This document shows, piece after piece, positions 24,895 to 41,962 of a stretch of 64,000 bases of DNA. Under the pieces are notes generated by a model. It worked only from the letters and a program-made list of their open reading frames with translations, was not told the DNA's origin and did no database searches. The position numbers were made by a program, and so were the translations under genes. Each line of letters begins with the position of its first letter. Position 1 is the first letter of the stretch. This stretch comes from Nitrospirales bacterium (GTDB lineage: Bacteria; Nitrospirota; Nitrospiria; Nitrospirales; UBA8639): positions 320,001 to 384,000 of the forward strand of contig CBDBCZ010000010.1 in assembly GCA_965203295.1 (NCBI GenBank), written 5' to 3'.

Positions 24895-27125
24895 CAGCCA
24901 TTTACCGCCTCCCGTTCAGCGCCACGGTTGGCCAGTGCCGAATCGGTCAGCATCTCTCTCCTGCCGGACAGCCGCGAGCCCAACGGTCTGGTATCGGTCA
25001 GCCCCTTGCCATCCTTCCTTCCTGGCCGACTATTTTGTGTCACCGCCCTGCCTACCGGACAGACTCCCGCCATCCAACCCTCTGCCGCCTCCCCTCCAGC
25101 GCCACGGTTGGCCAGCGCCACGGTTGGCCAGTGCCAAGTCGGTCAGCATCTCTCTCCTGCCGGACAGCCGCGAGCCCGACGGTCTGGTGTCGGTCAGCCC
25201 CTTGCCAGCCTTCCTTCCTGGCCGACTATTTTGTGTCACCGCCCTGCCTATCGGACAGACTCCGGCCATCCAACCCTCTGCCGCCTCCCCTCCAGCGCCA
25301 CGGTTGGCCAGTACCAAGTCGGTCAGCATCTCTCTCCTGCCGGACAGCCGCGAGCCCGGACAGACTCCCGCCATCCCACCCTCTGCCGCCTCCCCTCCAG
25401 CGCCACGGTTGGCCAGTGCCAAGTCGGTCAGCATCTCTCTCCTGCCGGACAGCCGCGAGCCCGACGGTCTGGTGTCGGTTAGCCCATTGCCAGCCTTCCT
25501 TCCTGGCCGACTATTTTGTGTCACCGCCCTGCCTACCGGACAGACTCCCGCCATCCAACCCTCTGCCGCCTCCCCTCCAGCGCCACGATTGGCCAGTGCC
25601 AAGTCGGTCAGCATCTCTCTCCTACCGGACAGCCGCGAGCCCGACGGTCTGGTGTCGGTCAGCCCCTTGCCAGCCTTCCTTCCTGGCCGACTATTTTGTG
25701 TCACCGCCCTGCCTATCGGACAGACTCCGGCCACCCAACCCTCTGCCGCCTCCCCTCCAGCGCCACGGTTGGCCAGTACCAAGTCGGTCAGCATCTCTCT
25801 CCTGCCGGACAGCCGCGAGCCCGGACAGACTCCCGCCATCCCACCCTCTGCCGCCTCCCCTCCAGCGCCACGGTTGGCCAGTGCCAAGTCGGTCAGCATC
25901 TCTCTCCTGCCGGACAGCCGCGAGCCCGACGGTCTGGTGTCGGTCAGCCCATTGCCAGCCTTCCTTCCTGGCCGACTATTTTGTGTCACCGCCCTGCCTA
26001 CCGGACAGACTCCCGCCATCCAACCCTCTGCCGCCTCCCCTCCAGCGCCACGGTTGGCCAGTGCCAAGTCGGTCAGCATCTCTCTCCTACCGGACAGCCG
26101 CGAGCCCGACGGTCTGGTATCGTTCAGCCCCTTGCCAGCCTTCCTTCCTGGCCGACTATTTTGTGTCACCGCCCTGCCTATCGGACAGACTCCGGCCATC
26201 CAACCCTCTGCCGCCTCCCCTCCAGCGCCACGGTTGGCCAGTACCAAGTCGGTCAGCATCTCTCTCCTGCCGGACAGCCGCGAGCCCGGACAGACTCCCG
26301 CCATCCCACCCTCTGCCGCCTCCCCTCCAGCGCCACGGTTGGCCAGTGCCAAGTCGGTCAGCATCTCTCTCCTGCCGGACAGCCGCGAGCCCGACGGTCT
26401 GGTGTCGGTCAGCCCATTGCCAGCCTTCCTTCCTGGCCGACTATTTTGTGTCACCGCCCTGCCTACCGGACAGACTCCCGCCATCCAACCCTCTGCCGCC
26501 TCCCCTCCAGCGCCACGGTTGGCCAGTGCCAAGTCGGTCAGCATCTCTCTCCTACCGGACAGCCGCGAGCCCGACGGTCTGGTATCGTTCAGCCCCTTGC
26601 CAGCCTTCCTTCCTGGCCGACTATTTTGTGTCACCGCCCTGCCTACCGGACAGACTCCCGCCATCCAACCCTCTGCCGCCTCCCCTCCAGCGCCACGGTT
26701 GGCCAGTGCCAAGTCGGTCAGCATCTCTCTCCTGCCGGACAGCCGCAAGCCCGACGGTCTGGTGTCGGTCAGCCCCTTGCCAGCCTTCCTTCTTGGCCAA
26801 CTATTTTGTGTCACAGCCCTGCCTATCGGACAGACTCCCGCCATCCAACCCTCTGCCGCCTCCCCTCCAGCGCCACGGTTGGCCAGTGCCAAGTCGGTCA
26901 GCATCTCTCTCCTGCCGGACAGCTGCAAGCCCGACGGTCTTCTGTCGGCCAGCCCCTTGCCAGCCTCCCTTCCTGGCCAGTAGTTTGGTCAAAAATTTGG
27001 TGTCATCACGCTGCCTACTGGACAGCCTCCCGTCAGCCGGCCCTCCGCCGCCTCCCTTCCAGCCAAGTCGGCCAGCATCTCTTTCCTGCCGTACAGCCGT
27101 CTTGCATCGGTCAGCCCCTTGCTAA
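24895..27125. repeat. GC-rich tandem array: 180-bp monomer plus 105-bp deleted monomer forming a 465-bp higher-order repeat
   Basis: 60-codon and 35-codon units visible in the ORF track; short units recur 465 bp apart (e.g. 25321, 25786). Confidence 0.95.
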
Positions 27126-29272
27126 CATCCTTTCTTGGTCGAAAAGCTGTAGGGGTAGTATTGGCAGCTCACCCAAAATTATGTCAGCCCGCCCCCTTCC
27201 CGGAAGCCCTTCGCTAGACAGTTCCTTACTGGACAGCCCATTTTCTCAGTTCGAACGCATAGAAGATGGTTCTGCTGTTGATCCTGTTGTTGTTGAGGAT
27301 ACAGAGGAGCCCCTGAAATTTACTGATGTTCCAGGATCACCCGTTAAACTCGTACAGTCTTCTCGCTTTCGGTAAGTATCTGGATTTTTGAGGTAAAGAG
27401 TGCATCTTGTAGGCATGTGTAGTTGTTCTCATTTGAAAACATGTACTGGTAATGATTGCAACACTTCCTCGTGCTAAATTATGTGTGCAGCTTAGTACAC
27501 TGGGCGTTATGTTGGATAGCAGAGAATGTGATGATGTAACCCAGTATCTGTAATGAAGTGTTTTATGTCTACAGCCGCTTTCTACAAGACTTGGAAAATT
27601 CAGAGTCGGATTCAGAGTCAGCTTCAGATTCTGAAGTAGATGTGATTGACCTGACTCAGGATAGCAGTGATACGGGTTAGTTACACAGAACTAATAAATG
27701 GATTCTCTCCTAGAATAATGGAGGATATGTGATGTTTGTTGCCTACTATCTTAACTGCCTTTTTCAATCCACAGCCGAAGAGCTAGAAAGAGACCCCATT
27801 TCTCCCAAGTCCTCTAAAAGGTATGTTATATATATATCGGCAGCACTTTGGGTAAATTTGTTTCAGCACATTTCCCCCCTCCACTAGAAGGCTTCATTTC
27901 ACCCAGTCTGCCGCTGTATCTGTGAAAAAGGAGCCCTAGAGGTGTGATGTCATGATGCAGTGTAGAGTGCAAATGTTGTTACTTGTTCGCAATCTATAGT
28001 TCACCTGGATTTCTTGTTAACTTAACCACTTTGTCTGCAACTGCAGTGTTATTGAAGATTCTGCTGATGAAAGTTTCCATGCACCTCCTCCAAAGCGAGT
28101 CAAAAGGTTGGCAATAAAGCTAATCCAGATCATTTTGTATCATCGGTGTAGGCATGTTGCTGCATAACTTTTCAACACTAAGGTTTAAGACAAGGAGTAA
28201 ACAAGTTGAGGTTACAGGATACTGCGAAAATATTCCAGTGACCTAAATTGCAAACTCGTTGCACGCAGAAATTGTCATTCATGGTGTTTCCATGCACGAA
28301 TTCAATTACCTTGTGCACTTTATTTGCGTGTGAGTAGAATGTGCTGTGTTTGTACTCCGAAAGTACTAGCTAGAAGCTTCCGCCTCGATCCATATATGAA
28401 GTAGTGTAGCTAGATGGATAGTGCATGCATTGAAGACGGCCACTTAAAGCCTTAAAACTCAATCCTGCAAGTGTTCTATATACCGTGTATCGACGATCCG
28501 GCAGTTACTCGTGCGCTAGTTGCTCGAAATGACTTCCGGCATTTAGGCTATTGATGTCTACTTGTAATTTCAGCCTATTTTTGCTAATGGAATGGTTCTG
28601 TCCTGAAGGAAGTGCTGCTATTTACGTGGGCGACCAAAAAAAAAATTACATACTGGCCAGTTATGTGGTCTCTTGTGTGCAATGAGTTTTAATTAGCAAT
28701 AGGCAAATGAAGTAAACTGTGTAAACTGTTAGCCTTTGATTCTGACAGCCTAACCTAATTAAGTACTGGAGAGCCACTGCCCATTTGCCTTCTCCTGAAC
28801 TTACAAGCACATATATGGAAGGCACTGTTTACTTTGACCCTAGAGCTACTTCATAGCTTAATTAATCCTTCACCAACCCATTACTCTAGTGTGTTTACTT
28901 AGGGTTCAAGCCTCACTGTGTTGCAAAGATTCTGCAAATTCCTGTAACTGTGTTCTTCCATTTGAGGGTGCCCTGCGCCTTACAGGTTGCAAAGACTGCA
29001 AATTCCTGTATAGTGACAGTAGCAAGTGTTACACACTCTACATTCATTTATGTGCTGCTTGTAACCTTGCTGTTGCATAGTGTCAGTGTGTCATATGGCA
29101 ACGGCCAGGTATATAGCTTTTTGATTATTGAACTTCAGAAGACCAGACTAATTAGGACTACTGTACTGTGTGTGTGGTCTTGTGATAGTGAAGTACTACA
29201 GTATGGTATACTCACTACCAAGTAATGTTTTGCAAGTTAAATGTTGTATGTGCATGAACTTTTGCTGCTGCA

Positions 29273-32724
<3,452 letters not shown>

Positions 32725-33707
32725 ACTTGCATGTACTTCCATCTTTAAACTGCTGTTGTATCAAACCAGGTTTGACTTAATGCATCTGTATCAGGCACCT
32801 TTGCTCATATTTATTATGACTTAATGTCTACATGATGGTGATTTTGTGTGCAAATTTTGCAGCTATACAGCTATGATGTACGTGTGGGTGGAACTGATTA
32901 TAGGGTGGGTGTGGTTATGGTTAGAACGTGCGCGTGGTTTATGTTCGCGCAACCGGCTGTCACGCTGTGCAGCCTTTTCGAAGATTAGCACGCGGCGGCT
33001 CGTGGACATTTCAATCTAGTCCATGTGCTCTTCTGTATATGGGTGTGGTTATGGTTAGAACGCGCTGTACAGTTTGAGCCGGCCACGCGGTGTAGCCAGC
33101 CGTTCGAAAATCAGCACTCAGCGACTATTGACGCACATTTTAATTCAGTTCAGTCCAGTCCAGTCCAGTCCAGTCCACCGGTCCAGTCCAGTCCAGTCCA
33201 GTCCATTCCACCGGTCCAGTCCACCAGTCCAGTCCAGCGATTGTAGACGCCCACCAAGAAGGGATTCAGGATCGATAACCCGATACACGGTAAGTTCGAC
33301 ACGGTACTGTGGTCTTGACGCTCAGGCAGCAAAGATCGATGATCCTGCTGAAGCCCCCGTCTCTCCTGAACCAGTTACCATCGTATCTGCCAATGAAGTT
33401 GACTACAAAGCCTACAAAGCCTAACTAACTGTGTAGCAGTGTAGGTAGCCGTAGCTAATCGTTTTGATCGGTTGTATATTTTGCCGTGTATATCCGTTCT
33501 ATTACTGAATAGACCGACTTTCGGCACAGTTACATCACTATTAGTAATCACTGTACTCAATTTTATGGCTAATAAAGGAAGGGGTTGCCCCTCCTGGCCG
33601 ATAAACGAACTTGCCGCTTCTAAGGCCACTTTAATGGCCCGTGGCGTAGCGGAAGCATTACGTAAAGGCCAATAAAGTGGCCCGTGGCGCGCAATGAGTT
33701 AACGCCT

Positions 33708-33846
33708 AAGAGCTACACACTTTCATTGAGCAAGTAAGGTCACAATTTATGGATATTGCTCTGTGTAACACCATATGGGGGTAACATTAACTTTGAACGC
33801 CATGCATATAAAATGGAAAAAACATGTACTTTATATTAACGCCTAA
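33708..33846. repeat. Uninterrupted second copy of a ~140-bp tandem duplication (first copy starts 23137)
   Basis: GAGCTACACAC..GTAAGGTCACAATTTATGG..CATGCATATA..GTACTTTATATTAACGCCTAA present twice. Confidence 0.9.
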
Positions 33847-34077
33847 TATAAAAAGGCCAATATAAATTCATATTAGCCTTATAGATGTAGTAAAACTTGG
33901 CTGTGAAAGAGTTAAGAATAAGTCAGTGGTTAGGGTAAGGGTAGCCCATGCATACTTTACATACAAATGTCACAATGTCAAAGCATGGTGCAATATCTGG
34001 ATACTGCATTAACCACAGAGCAATATCTGCCACGCTTCAGTGAGCATGCTTGTAGCTGGTTTATTTGTATTAGTTAA

Positions 34078-34655
34078 CCCATTCACCGTCGAATTGTCAG
34101 AGGACATGCCAGCAAAAACAAAGCTTGTGTCATTCTACCGCTTTTGTGCATAGACAAAGCAGTAAATCCATAGCAATCATAATCTCTTGAAGTAGCACAA
34201 ATGTAGCATATTTCGGGCAAGTGTTTCCTCTTCTGTGCAGCTATACTCATGATCAAAGTCGCCATCCATACCGTCACCAACGATCTCCCGAGTTAGCGCC
34301 TCTACATCACTTCGCGCAAAACTGGATCGCCAGTATGGGCATAAAACTGTTCTACTGCCTCTTCCTCACTGGATTCACCATTGGATAGCCCGAAACTATT
34401 GTCTAGAAAGACATCCAACGCTTCTTCTGTAGAGTACCGTGCGGCCGCGTGGCAGGGGTCACCGAGGTCGCAGGATTTTTCCCGTAGAAAACGGATTTTT
34501 TCGATGTTGTAGTTGAGCGGAGGGCGTGGAAATACTGCTCTACTGTCTATACATATTGTTTGCGCGGCGCTGTACCGCATTTTGTGTGCTATACGGCAGT
34601 ATTTGTAAGGTCATGTACCCTATGCCGCCATATGGCGGCAACGGCGGTGAATGGG
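34078..34655. mobile_element. piggyBac MITE
   Basis: TTAA|CCCATTCACCG..CGGTGAATGGG|TTAA. Confidence 0.9.
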
Positions 34656-35863
34656 TTAATTAAAGGTCAGTTTGGGTGAGGGGAGTTTAAAGTCCGAGGC
34701 GAAGCCGAGGATTTTAATCCCTCACCCAAGCTGACATTTAATGTACATTGGTATAGCCATGATCCCTGTATGTGGCCTCCTTTGAGTGCTATAAGCGTGG
34801 GAAAATTGATTGCCATGGTAATGTACAATAAGCCCCAATAAACTTAGCTAGCAATGACAAAAAATACTTTTTTCTTATGACTTGTGATATCAGGCCTTCT
34901 GTTTCACTTCACATGGCTGTCAAATGAAGCTGGAAGGTCTTGGAACATGGCTACATTTTTATACGCTTCCTTTGCAGCTTGACAAAGCAAATACCATGGA
35001 TGAGGTTGATGCCCTTGTAGACCAGCCAGCAAACATGTTCATCATCAATCAGTCGAGATGGAGCATTATTGAGCCAGTCACCATGGAAAACAAAGCCAGC
35101 CTACTTCAGCACCTTATCTGGGAAGAGGTGATCTTGAGGAAAGAAGGCAACGTCCAGGCTTTTAAACGAGGCCTTGATTGTCTCATGTTGCTGCAGCTGA
35201 TGCAGACGTGGCCAGACGTACTGAAGCCCTTGTTTGTAGCCCAACCTACCATGAAAGAAGTCACAGCTGAGGCATTTCTGGGGTTAGTGGCATCGCTGAA
35301 GCCACATGACAAGGACCAGCAGCGGGCATATGACTACTTTCACGACTTTGTGTTCCATCTTGAGAGTAAGTATATAGTTACCTGTGTTCCAGTTATACCC
35401 AATTGCTAAGACGTGTTCTGGGTTGGAATAATATGACAATTTGTGTGACATGGTTTTGTTTGTATAATTATCTAGACCCCAAGGATATTCTCAATGAGGG
35501 AATTCTGCTGTCGTCCCTGCTACACTTCATCACAGGCGAATCTGTAATACCTCCGATGGGACTTCAACATCCTATCGAATTGCAGTATCACCCAGCTGTT
35601 GAGACAGCAATCTTCTTGGGCACTGCTCCAAGGTGTTTCTCCCCATCGTCCATAAGACCAAGGAAGAGTTTTTTGCAGCATGCATCAAAAGTCTCATGTT
35701 TGGAGGACATAGCTATGGCAATGCATAGCATGTACCTTATGCACAATATTTTGTTAGATCACTACCACAAACCTGCCTAATTAATTAACAGCACCAAACT
35801 GATGTAGAACTTGTTGTGTCACATGCATAGTCTCTTACACATCAACGTTCTTTTTTGCGATAA

Positions 35864-37702
35864 TTACTGAACATGATTAAGCACATACTCCCGAACTGCT
35901 TCATAAGTATCAATATAGTGCCCATTGCGGGATACTAGGGAAGTGTTCACAATATTCTCCACAACTGCAACATCATCTGGATCCAAAGGAGTGGGTGTAT
36001 GTGGAACCTCTACAATTCCAGGGATAGCAATATCATCATATTCACTGCTAAGGTTTTCGGCAGGAATGATAGCACGATCACTCAGTAGAGTTCCTACTGT
36101 CAATAACTGCGCTGGTGTCATAAAATGTTCTGTAGTCACTGCATGATGGTTCCATCCATTTGTAAAAGCTTCCAGGGCTTCATTTATCTTTTGCAAATAG
36201 ACCAAGTGTAAGCAGTAGAGATCAGTGTCAGATAAGGGGTCTAAGACTCCTCGCTCCTCCAAATAGTAGAAGAGCTGGTAGAACACTGTCAGGACACACC
36301 TGAACACATCCCTCCAGAGGCGCTCAATCCGCTGATTATGCACCGAAGACCCTGTAATCACTGGGGTTTGGTGGTCACTGTTCAACAGCATCATCTCTGC
36401 AACCTATACAGTATAATCCCCATACAATAATATGTTTATTATTATGTATCTACTGTATTATCGGTAACTATGTAACTTTGCACGTGTGATAAGGAATAAA
36501 TAATCCCAGTTTAATTTGGGGGGGGGGGGGGGTTATACTACAGAGCGAATATATAGCAAGTGCATGGTTACATGATGGTCCTAGCTTGGTCACGGTGTAA
36601 TGTTACAGGCAACAGAAGTCCTAGGCCTGGGGTTTCTTATTTCTTCTCCCTAATTGGTAAAAATGTGTACATATTTGTGACAATTGGCATGACATTTTGT
36701 GAAAGTATAATTGTGCATGCTCATACCTTTATATTCTCACCACCAAGGTCACATCGTATACGGTGTGGTAGTCCATACTGTTGCACTGCCCCACAAAACA
36801 ACTGTAAAACTGTTTCACTTTTGTTGTTACTTGAACAGTGCAGGAATACAATGCACCGTGAGAAGCCGTCAATGGCTCCATGGACTACGAACCTCCACCT
36901 GTTCAACATGAAAAATTATAAATAACATGATATGCTAATTCATAGTTAACATGCACTTCATGAGGGCTTACCTCACTAATTTATGGTTGCCATCAATATG
37001 CCACAGTGCATTTGGGCCAGACACTGAGTAAGTGCGACGCGAAATTGGAGTGGCCCACCTTAAAGCTGTTGCCACTGGATCAACACCAGACATACTGTCT
37101 TGCACTCGAGAAAACGAAACATGAATTCCTCTGCCTTGCAATGCTCCTTTCACCATATTTTTCCCAGCTTCTGGCATGAGTTGCTTAATACTAGACACCT
37201 GACGGTCTAAGTCACAGTCAGATATGTGTGTGAAATTATATGGATCCATCAGTCCATACTCTGACCTAATTCGGTAGAGAGTTCTGCGGCAAATCCCAAA
37301 CAATGAGGCAATCTTTGACCAGGAAAGCCTCAGTTCACGTAGAAACTCAATTTACTCTTTACTAATGAACACTTTTGGACGACCACGATTACCACTCCTC
37401 TGATGCTCTGCAACCAGGCCACCCTCACTGACCTCAGTATCCAGGACCTCCCAATGCTTCCTAATATCTCCCAGATTAGTAAGACCACAGGAAACGTCCC
37501 TTTCAATGTCCTGAAGTTCTGGGTCCGGGCTGCTAACTAGGGAAGCTTGTAGCCTTCCCCTAATAGCTAGAAGTACTCTTACGTAGTTATCTAGCTTTAA
37601 AAGGGTGGCTTCCACAACATTTCTAGTAGCAGATGACTCCCTGCCAGCCGTAAGGTGCAAAAAGGAAACCAAATCACTGAAGAATGAATCCCACTGGTCC
37701 AT
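35864..37702 (-). pseudogene. IS3EU transposase (HTH plus integrase-like DDE core), 3 exons, one premature stop
   Basis: GRPK..FSWSKIASLFGICRRTLYR (HTH); WHIDGNHKL; HGAIDGFSR; RCDLGGEN; SVHNQRIERLWRDV; WNHH. TAA at 37352-37354; introns ~36970-36901 and ~36722-36405. Confidence 0.92.
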
Positions 37703-38449
37703 AGCGAACTCTAATTACTTCATTTCCCAATCCCAGACCAATGTAAGCCTGAGAACGAGACATACGGCGGCGTGGCGTCAGGGGTTTACAGAGTTGGCAT
37801 AATCGAGCGATACAAAAAAAAAACGATCGATCCCTCTCTGGGATCGGTAGAAAAAAAAACGCTCGACGCCTTTTTTGGAATGATACAGCAAAGCAGTTGG
37901 TAGACTAGCTAAATCGATCGAACTTTGGGACCTATGAAGAAAACAGATCGATATTAATTTTAGAGAAAATTGATCAATCTTTGGGCTCGATAAAGAAAAT
38001 CGATCGGTTGGCTGCGTGATTGAGTACGGGTAAATTTGTGCTTCGTTGGATCGATTTTTTACCATAGATAAGTCCGTGCTCAAGGCCATTGTACGGAAGC
38101 CCGAGGTATGTATTTGTCGTTTTTTTCCTACATTGGCTACATGCTTTTAATAAATATCTGCGCCGTTCACCACAGATTCCACTGACTACTGTTGCCCCAG
38201 ACAGAACATTTGCAAGTCCTTTGCTCACTGACAGTGCCAGATCTTCTTGTGGTCCTTGTGAAGAGGTACGTGAATTTGTAAAAACTATGTACTGTATGTT
38301 GTAGAGATGTGTTGGGTCAACTGGGGTAAATGGTGCTATGGGAATGTTTCAAGACTTTGTGGTGTTGTTGGAGAAATATGAAGGATGTCTGAGGAAGGCA
38401 AGAGTATTTATTAAGTCTCACCATCTCATCTATTTCGTATGTTGTGTAT

Positions 38450-41003
38450 GGGTAATTCCATGCCAAATCAACACAAAAAATGACGACCCCCTCAGATTTC
38501 CACGAAACTTGGTACATATGTACCCTATGTGAAGTTATTAATTCACAGTGATTATTAGCCTCACACATTGTATGGCTTCTGTGTTACAGTCAGCCAAAAA
38601 CTCAATTTTTCGTCAAATTTTTGGCTACCTGTTCCTACATAATTGGCCATAACTATTACTACGATTGTCTGTGCAAGATGAAAATTGCACCATCTTGTAC
38701 CTTAGTAGATACCCTTTCAGCTGATATATTGCAAGTGATAATTTGATTAAGTTGAGGTCAAAGGTCATGGGTTATATACTTGACCTTTGCCCCCTTGAAA
38801 AACGGATTCTTCAATGTTCTAATTTTTTTTCCAAATGTTCTCTAGATCTTCATGTTGAGATGGTATTATTTTAGTTTTGGGACTGCCATGGGAATAGGAG
38901 ATACGGAGAGTAGCGTAATAGCCAGTAGGGTGTTTTTCATGTATGTCCACACATACTTTCCCCATACTGGGATTTGTTTTGGTGTGAGGTCGAGTACTAC
39001 ATGATCTGGGTGAGTAGACTGATTTAGTACATTCATTATACATGTAGTGAGTTATAGTTTGGCACATTCCTGAAAGTAGATGGGAATAAAGTTGCACAAA
39101 TCCACAAGATTCCCGCAATCAAACAGGAGCTCTCACACATGCACATTTTCCCGCTTTATTCTGACTAATACTCCTAACACATTGGAATGTAGCTCTTTGT
39201 AAACATTGTAACTAACTCTCTGATTATCAGTAGTTAAGCTACAGTTTTTACCTTGAGGCTGCTAATTAAATTCCATGGCAATATCACACAATTCTCAAGC
39301 ATAGCCGTGTTAGCTCATAGTGAAACAGTGATCAAAGCAAACCATTCTAGACTTATTTGAAGTTAGCTCTCCTTCTGTCAGTGCACAACCATGGCCCAGT
39401 CTCAGTGGCGAAGTATTTGCTCAGCATTGACACAGCTATGCTTGAGAATTGGCTATACCAAGAAGTGAAGTGTGATATTGCCATGGAAATCAATCATCAA
39501 TTTTGCTGTAATCCCTTCAACAGATCTAACCTAGCCTCGAACCCAGCCGTCCCAGCTTTTTTTTAAAGAGCTGGAACAGCTGGGTTCGAGGCTAGATCTA
39601 ACCATTTCATCTGGAAGAAGAACCAGCGGTCTGTTACAAAGTGGATGTCTGAGAAAGTTGTGATTGAGAATCTCATACGTACCACTGCATCCGCTCCAAG
39701 CATTAGGTCTGTTGAAGGGATTGCAGTAAATATTTCGCCACTGAGACTGACTGGGCCATGGTTGTGCACTCACAGAGGGAGAGGTAACTTCAAAATAAGT
39801 CTAGAATAGTTTACTTTGATCACTTTTTCACTATGAACTGACACAGCTATGCTTGAGAATTGGCAATACCAAGAAGTGAAGTGTGATATTGTGTAGTGCT
39901 TAATTTGGCGGGTCTAAACGTTTGCGAATAGCCATTTTGGAACGTTTCGTTGAAATAATTTCACGAATCTGTTCAAATACGCCACACCCACGTACTATAC
40001 AGTGAATTTATGGGCAGAGTGTACCTGAGTAACTAAATGCGCACAGATTTACAGGAAGCTTAGTAGCGAATGGTATCTACCACTCCATGCTCTGCTGCTC
40101 ACTTTTCAATTTCGACCTTTATCGCGCTCATTTTCAGGTATGCTTCCCTAACCTTCGTGCCGGCAGAGGGAAATCAATTATCAGTCTCAAGGTGAAAACT
40201 GTAGCTAATTAATTTCAACTATTGATACATCAGGGACTTAGTTACAATGTTTACAAAGAGCTGCATTCCAATGTGTTAGGAGTATTAGTCAGAATAAAGC
40301 GGGAAAATGTGCATGTGTGAGAGCTCTGTTTGATTGCGGGAATCTTGTGGATTTGTGCAACTTTATTCCCATCTACTTTCAGGAATGTGCCAAACTATAA
40401 CTCACTACATGTATAATGAATGTACTAAATCAGTCTGCTCACCCAGATCATGTAGTACTCGACCTCACACCAAAACAAATCCCAGTATGGGGAAAGTATG
40501 TGTGGACATACATGAAAAACACCCTACTGGCTATTACGCTACTCTCCGTATCTTTTAATCCCATGGCAGTCCCAAAATTAAAATAATACCATCTCAACAT
40601 GAAGATCTAGGAACATTTGGAAAAAAAATTAGAACAATTGAAGAATCCGTTTTTCAAGGGGGCAAAGGTCAAGTATATAACCCATGACCTTTGATTTCAA
40701 CTTAATCAAATTATCACTTGCAATATATCAGCTGAAAGGGTATCTACTAAGGTACAAGATGGTGCAATTTTCATCTTGCACAGACAATCGTAGTAATAGT
40801 TATGGCCAATTATGTAGGAACAGGTAGCCAAAAATTTGACGAAAAATTGAGTTTTTGGCTGGCTGTAACACAGAAGCCACACAATGTGTGAGGCTAATAA
40901 TCACTGTGAATTAATAACTTCACATAGGGTACATATGTACCAAGTTTCGTGGAAATCTGAGGGGGTCATCATTTTTTTGTGTTGATTTGGCATGGAATTA
41001 CCC
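38450..41003. mobile_element. Non-autonomous foldback element with ~800-bp TIRs, Sola2-like
   Basis: GGGTAATTCCATGCCAAATC..GATTTGGCATGGAATTACCC; 4-bp TSD GTAT at 38446-38449 and 41004-41007. Confidence 0.85.
39532..39594. mobile_element. 63-bp mini-MITE (AcademH-like)
   Basis: TAGCCTCGAACCCAGC..GCTGGGTTCGAGGCTA; 9-bp TSD GATCTAACC at 39523-39531 and 39595-39603. Confidence 0.88.
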
Positions 41004-41962
41004 GTATGCATACATATATTATGTGTGTACACGTGTTTTCATACACACTCAAATCCTTGTACCTTGCAGACAAGTGAAAATGGATCATTGCAGCTGCAGC
41101 TGACCCACACTGCTAATGGCCTTGGGTTAAGAAAGCCAACTGGAAACCTTGAGGTATTGTAATATTGTACATATTGAGCATGTTGTGCAGGCTCTAGCAG
41201 GTTTAATCAACCTTTAACACTTTCATATCACTACTATATGAAACCATGTCTGACTCTTTGTGGACTTCTGGTCTGTCAAAACCTACACTGTATGTTTAAT
41301 AGACAAGGCAATACCTGTTTGGGAACAGGCTAGGCATAGTCTGGTGAGTATGGGATATAGTACAGGTGAAAGCAGGCAAATATGCTGGTAGTCTCGTGCC
41401 CAGCCCCACGTTAGAAAGGTGGGTCTGGCTCCTCGTATACTAAAAGTTGGGTTAGCGATACATCATATTACATCACCAAACGGATAGTATCCACAGGGCC
41501 ACGCGAATTTTTTTTTTGGACGTACTTTCGACTTAGTCTCTGGAGCACAATTCTGATTTGCACATCTGCGCGTGCGCAAATTGGGTATCGACCTTTGACC
41601 TTCTGCACGTGTAATTTTTTCCCCGGGAAACTACAAGCTACGTATGCTATATAGCTGGCTTGCTGGTCCTCAGTCCTCAGTCCTCAGTGAAGTGTACATA
41701 AGAAACTACGTGTAGCAGTGTAAAGTAGATCATAACTTTGAAGCTAGCGCTCATGCTACTTATATAACCCATGATGGCTGCGCTGACCACAGGCTAGTCT
41801 CGCGGGCCAGGGGATCAAGTTCTAGCCTCATACCAAGGCCTCTATACCACTGTGAGTGGAGAAGAGTGGACACTGGTAACAAGGCCACTGGGCTTTAGCT
41901 TCTCAGTAATGACAGTGCCATACTAATGTATACACATGTTTGCAACATGATTTGTACAGCAA

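Noticed and set aside
24895..27125. CRISPR array, or four overlapping genes (ORFs at 24750, 24935, 25030, 25516)
   Set aside because: No unique spacers or cas genes; GC-rich units of length divisible by 3 create open frames trivially
38819..40558. Duplicated ORF MRESCGF.. on both strands
   Set aside because: Mirror translations of non-coding long TIRs
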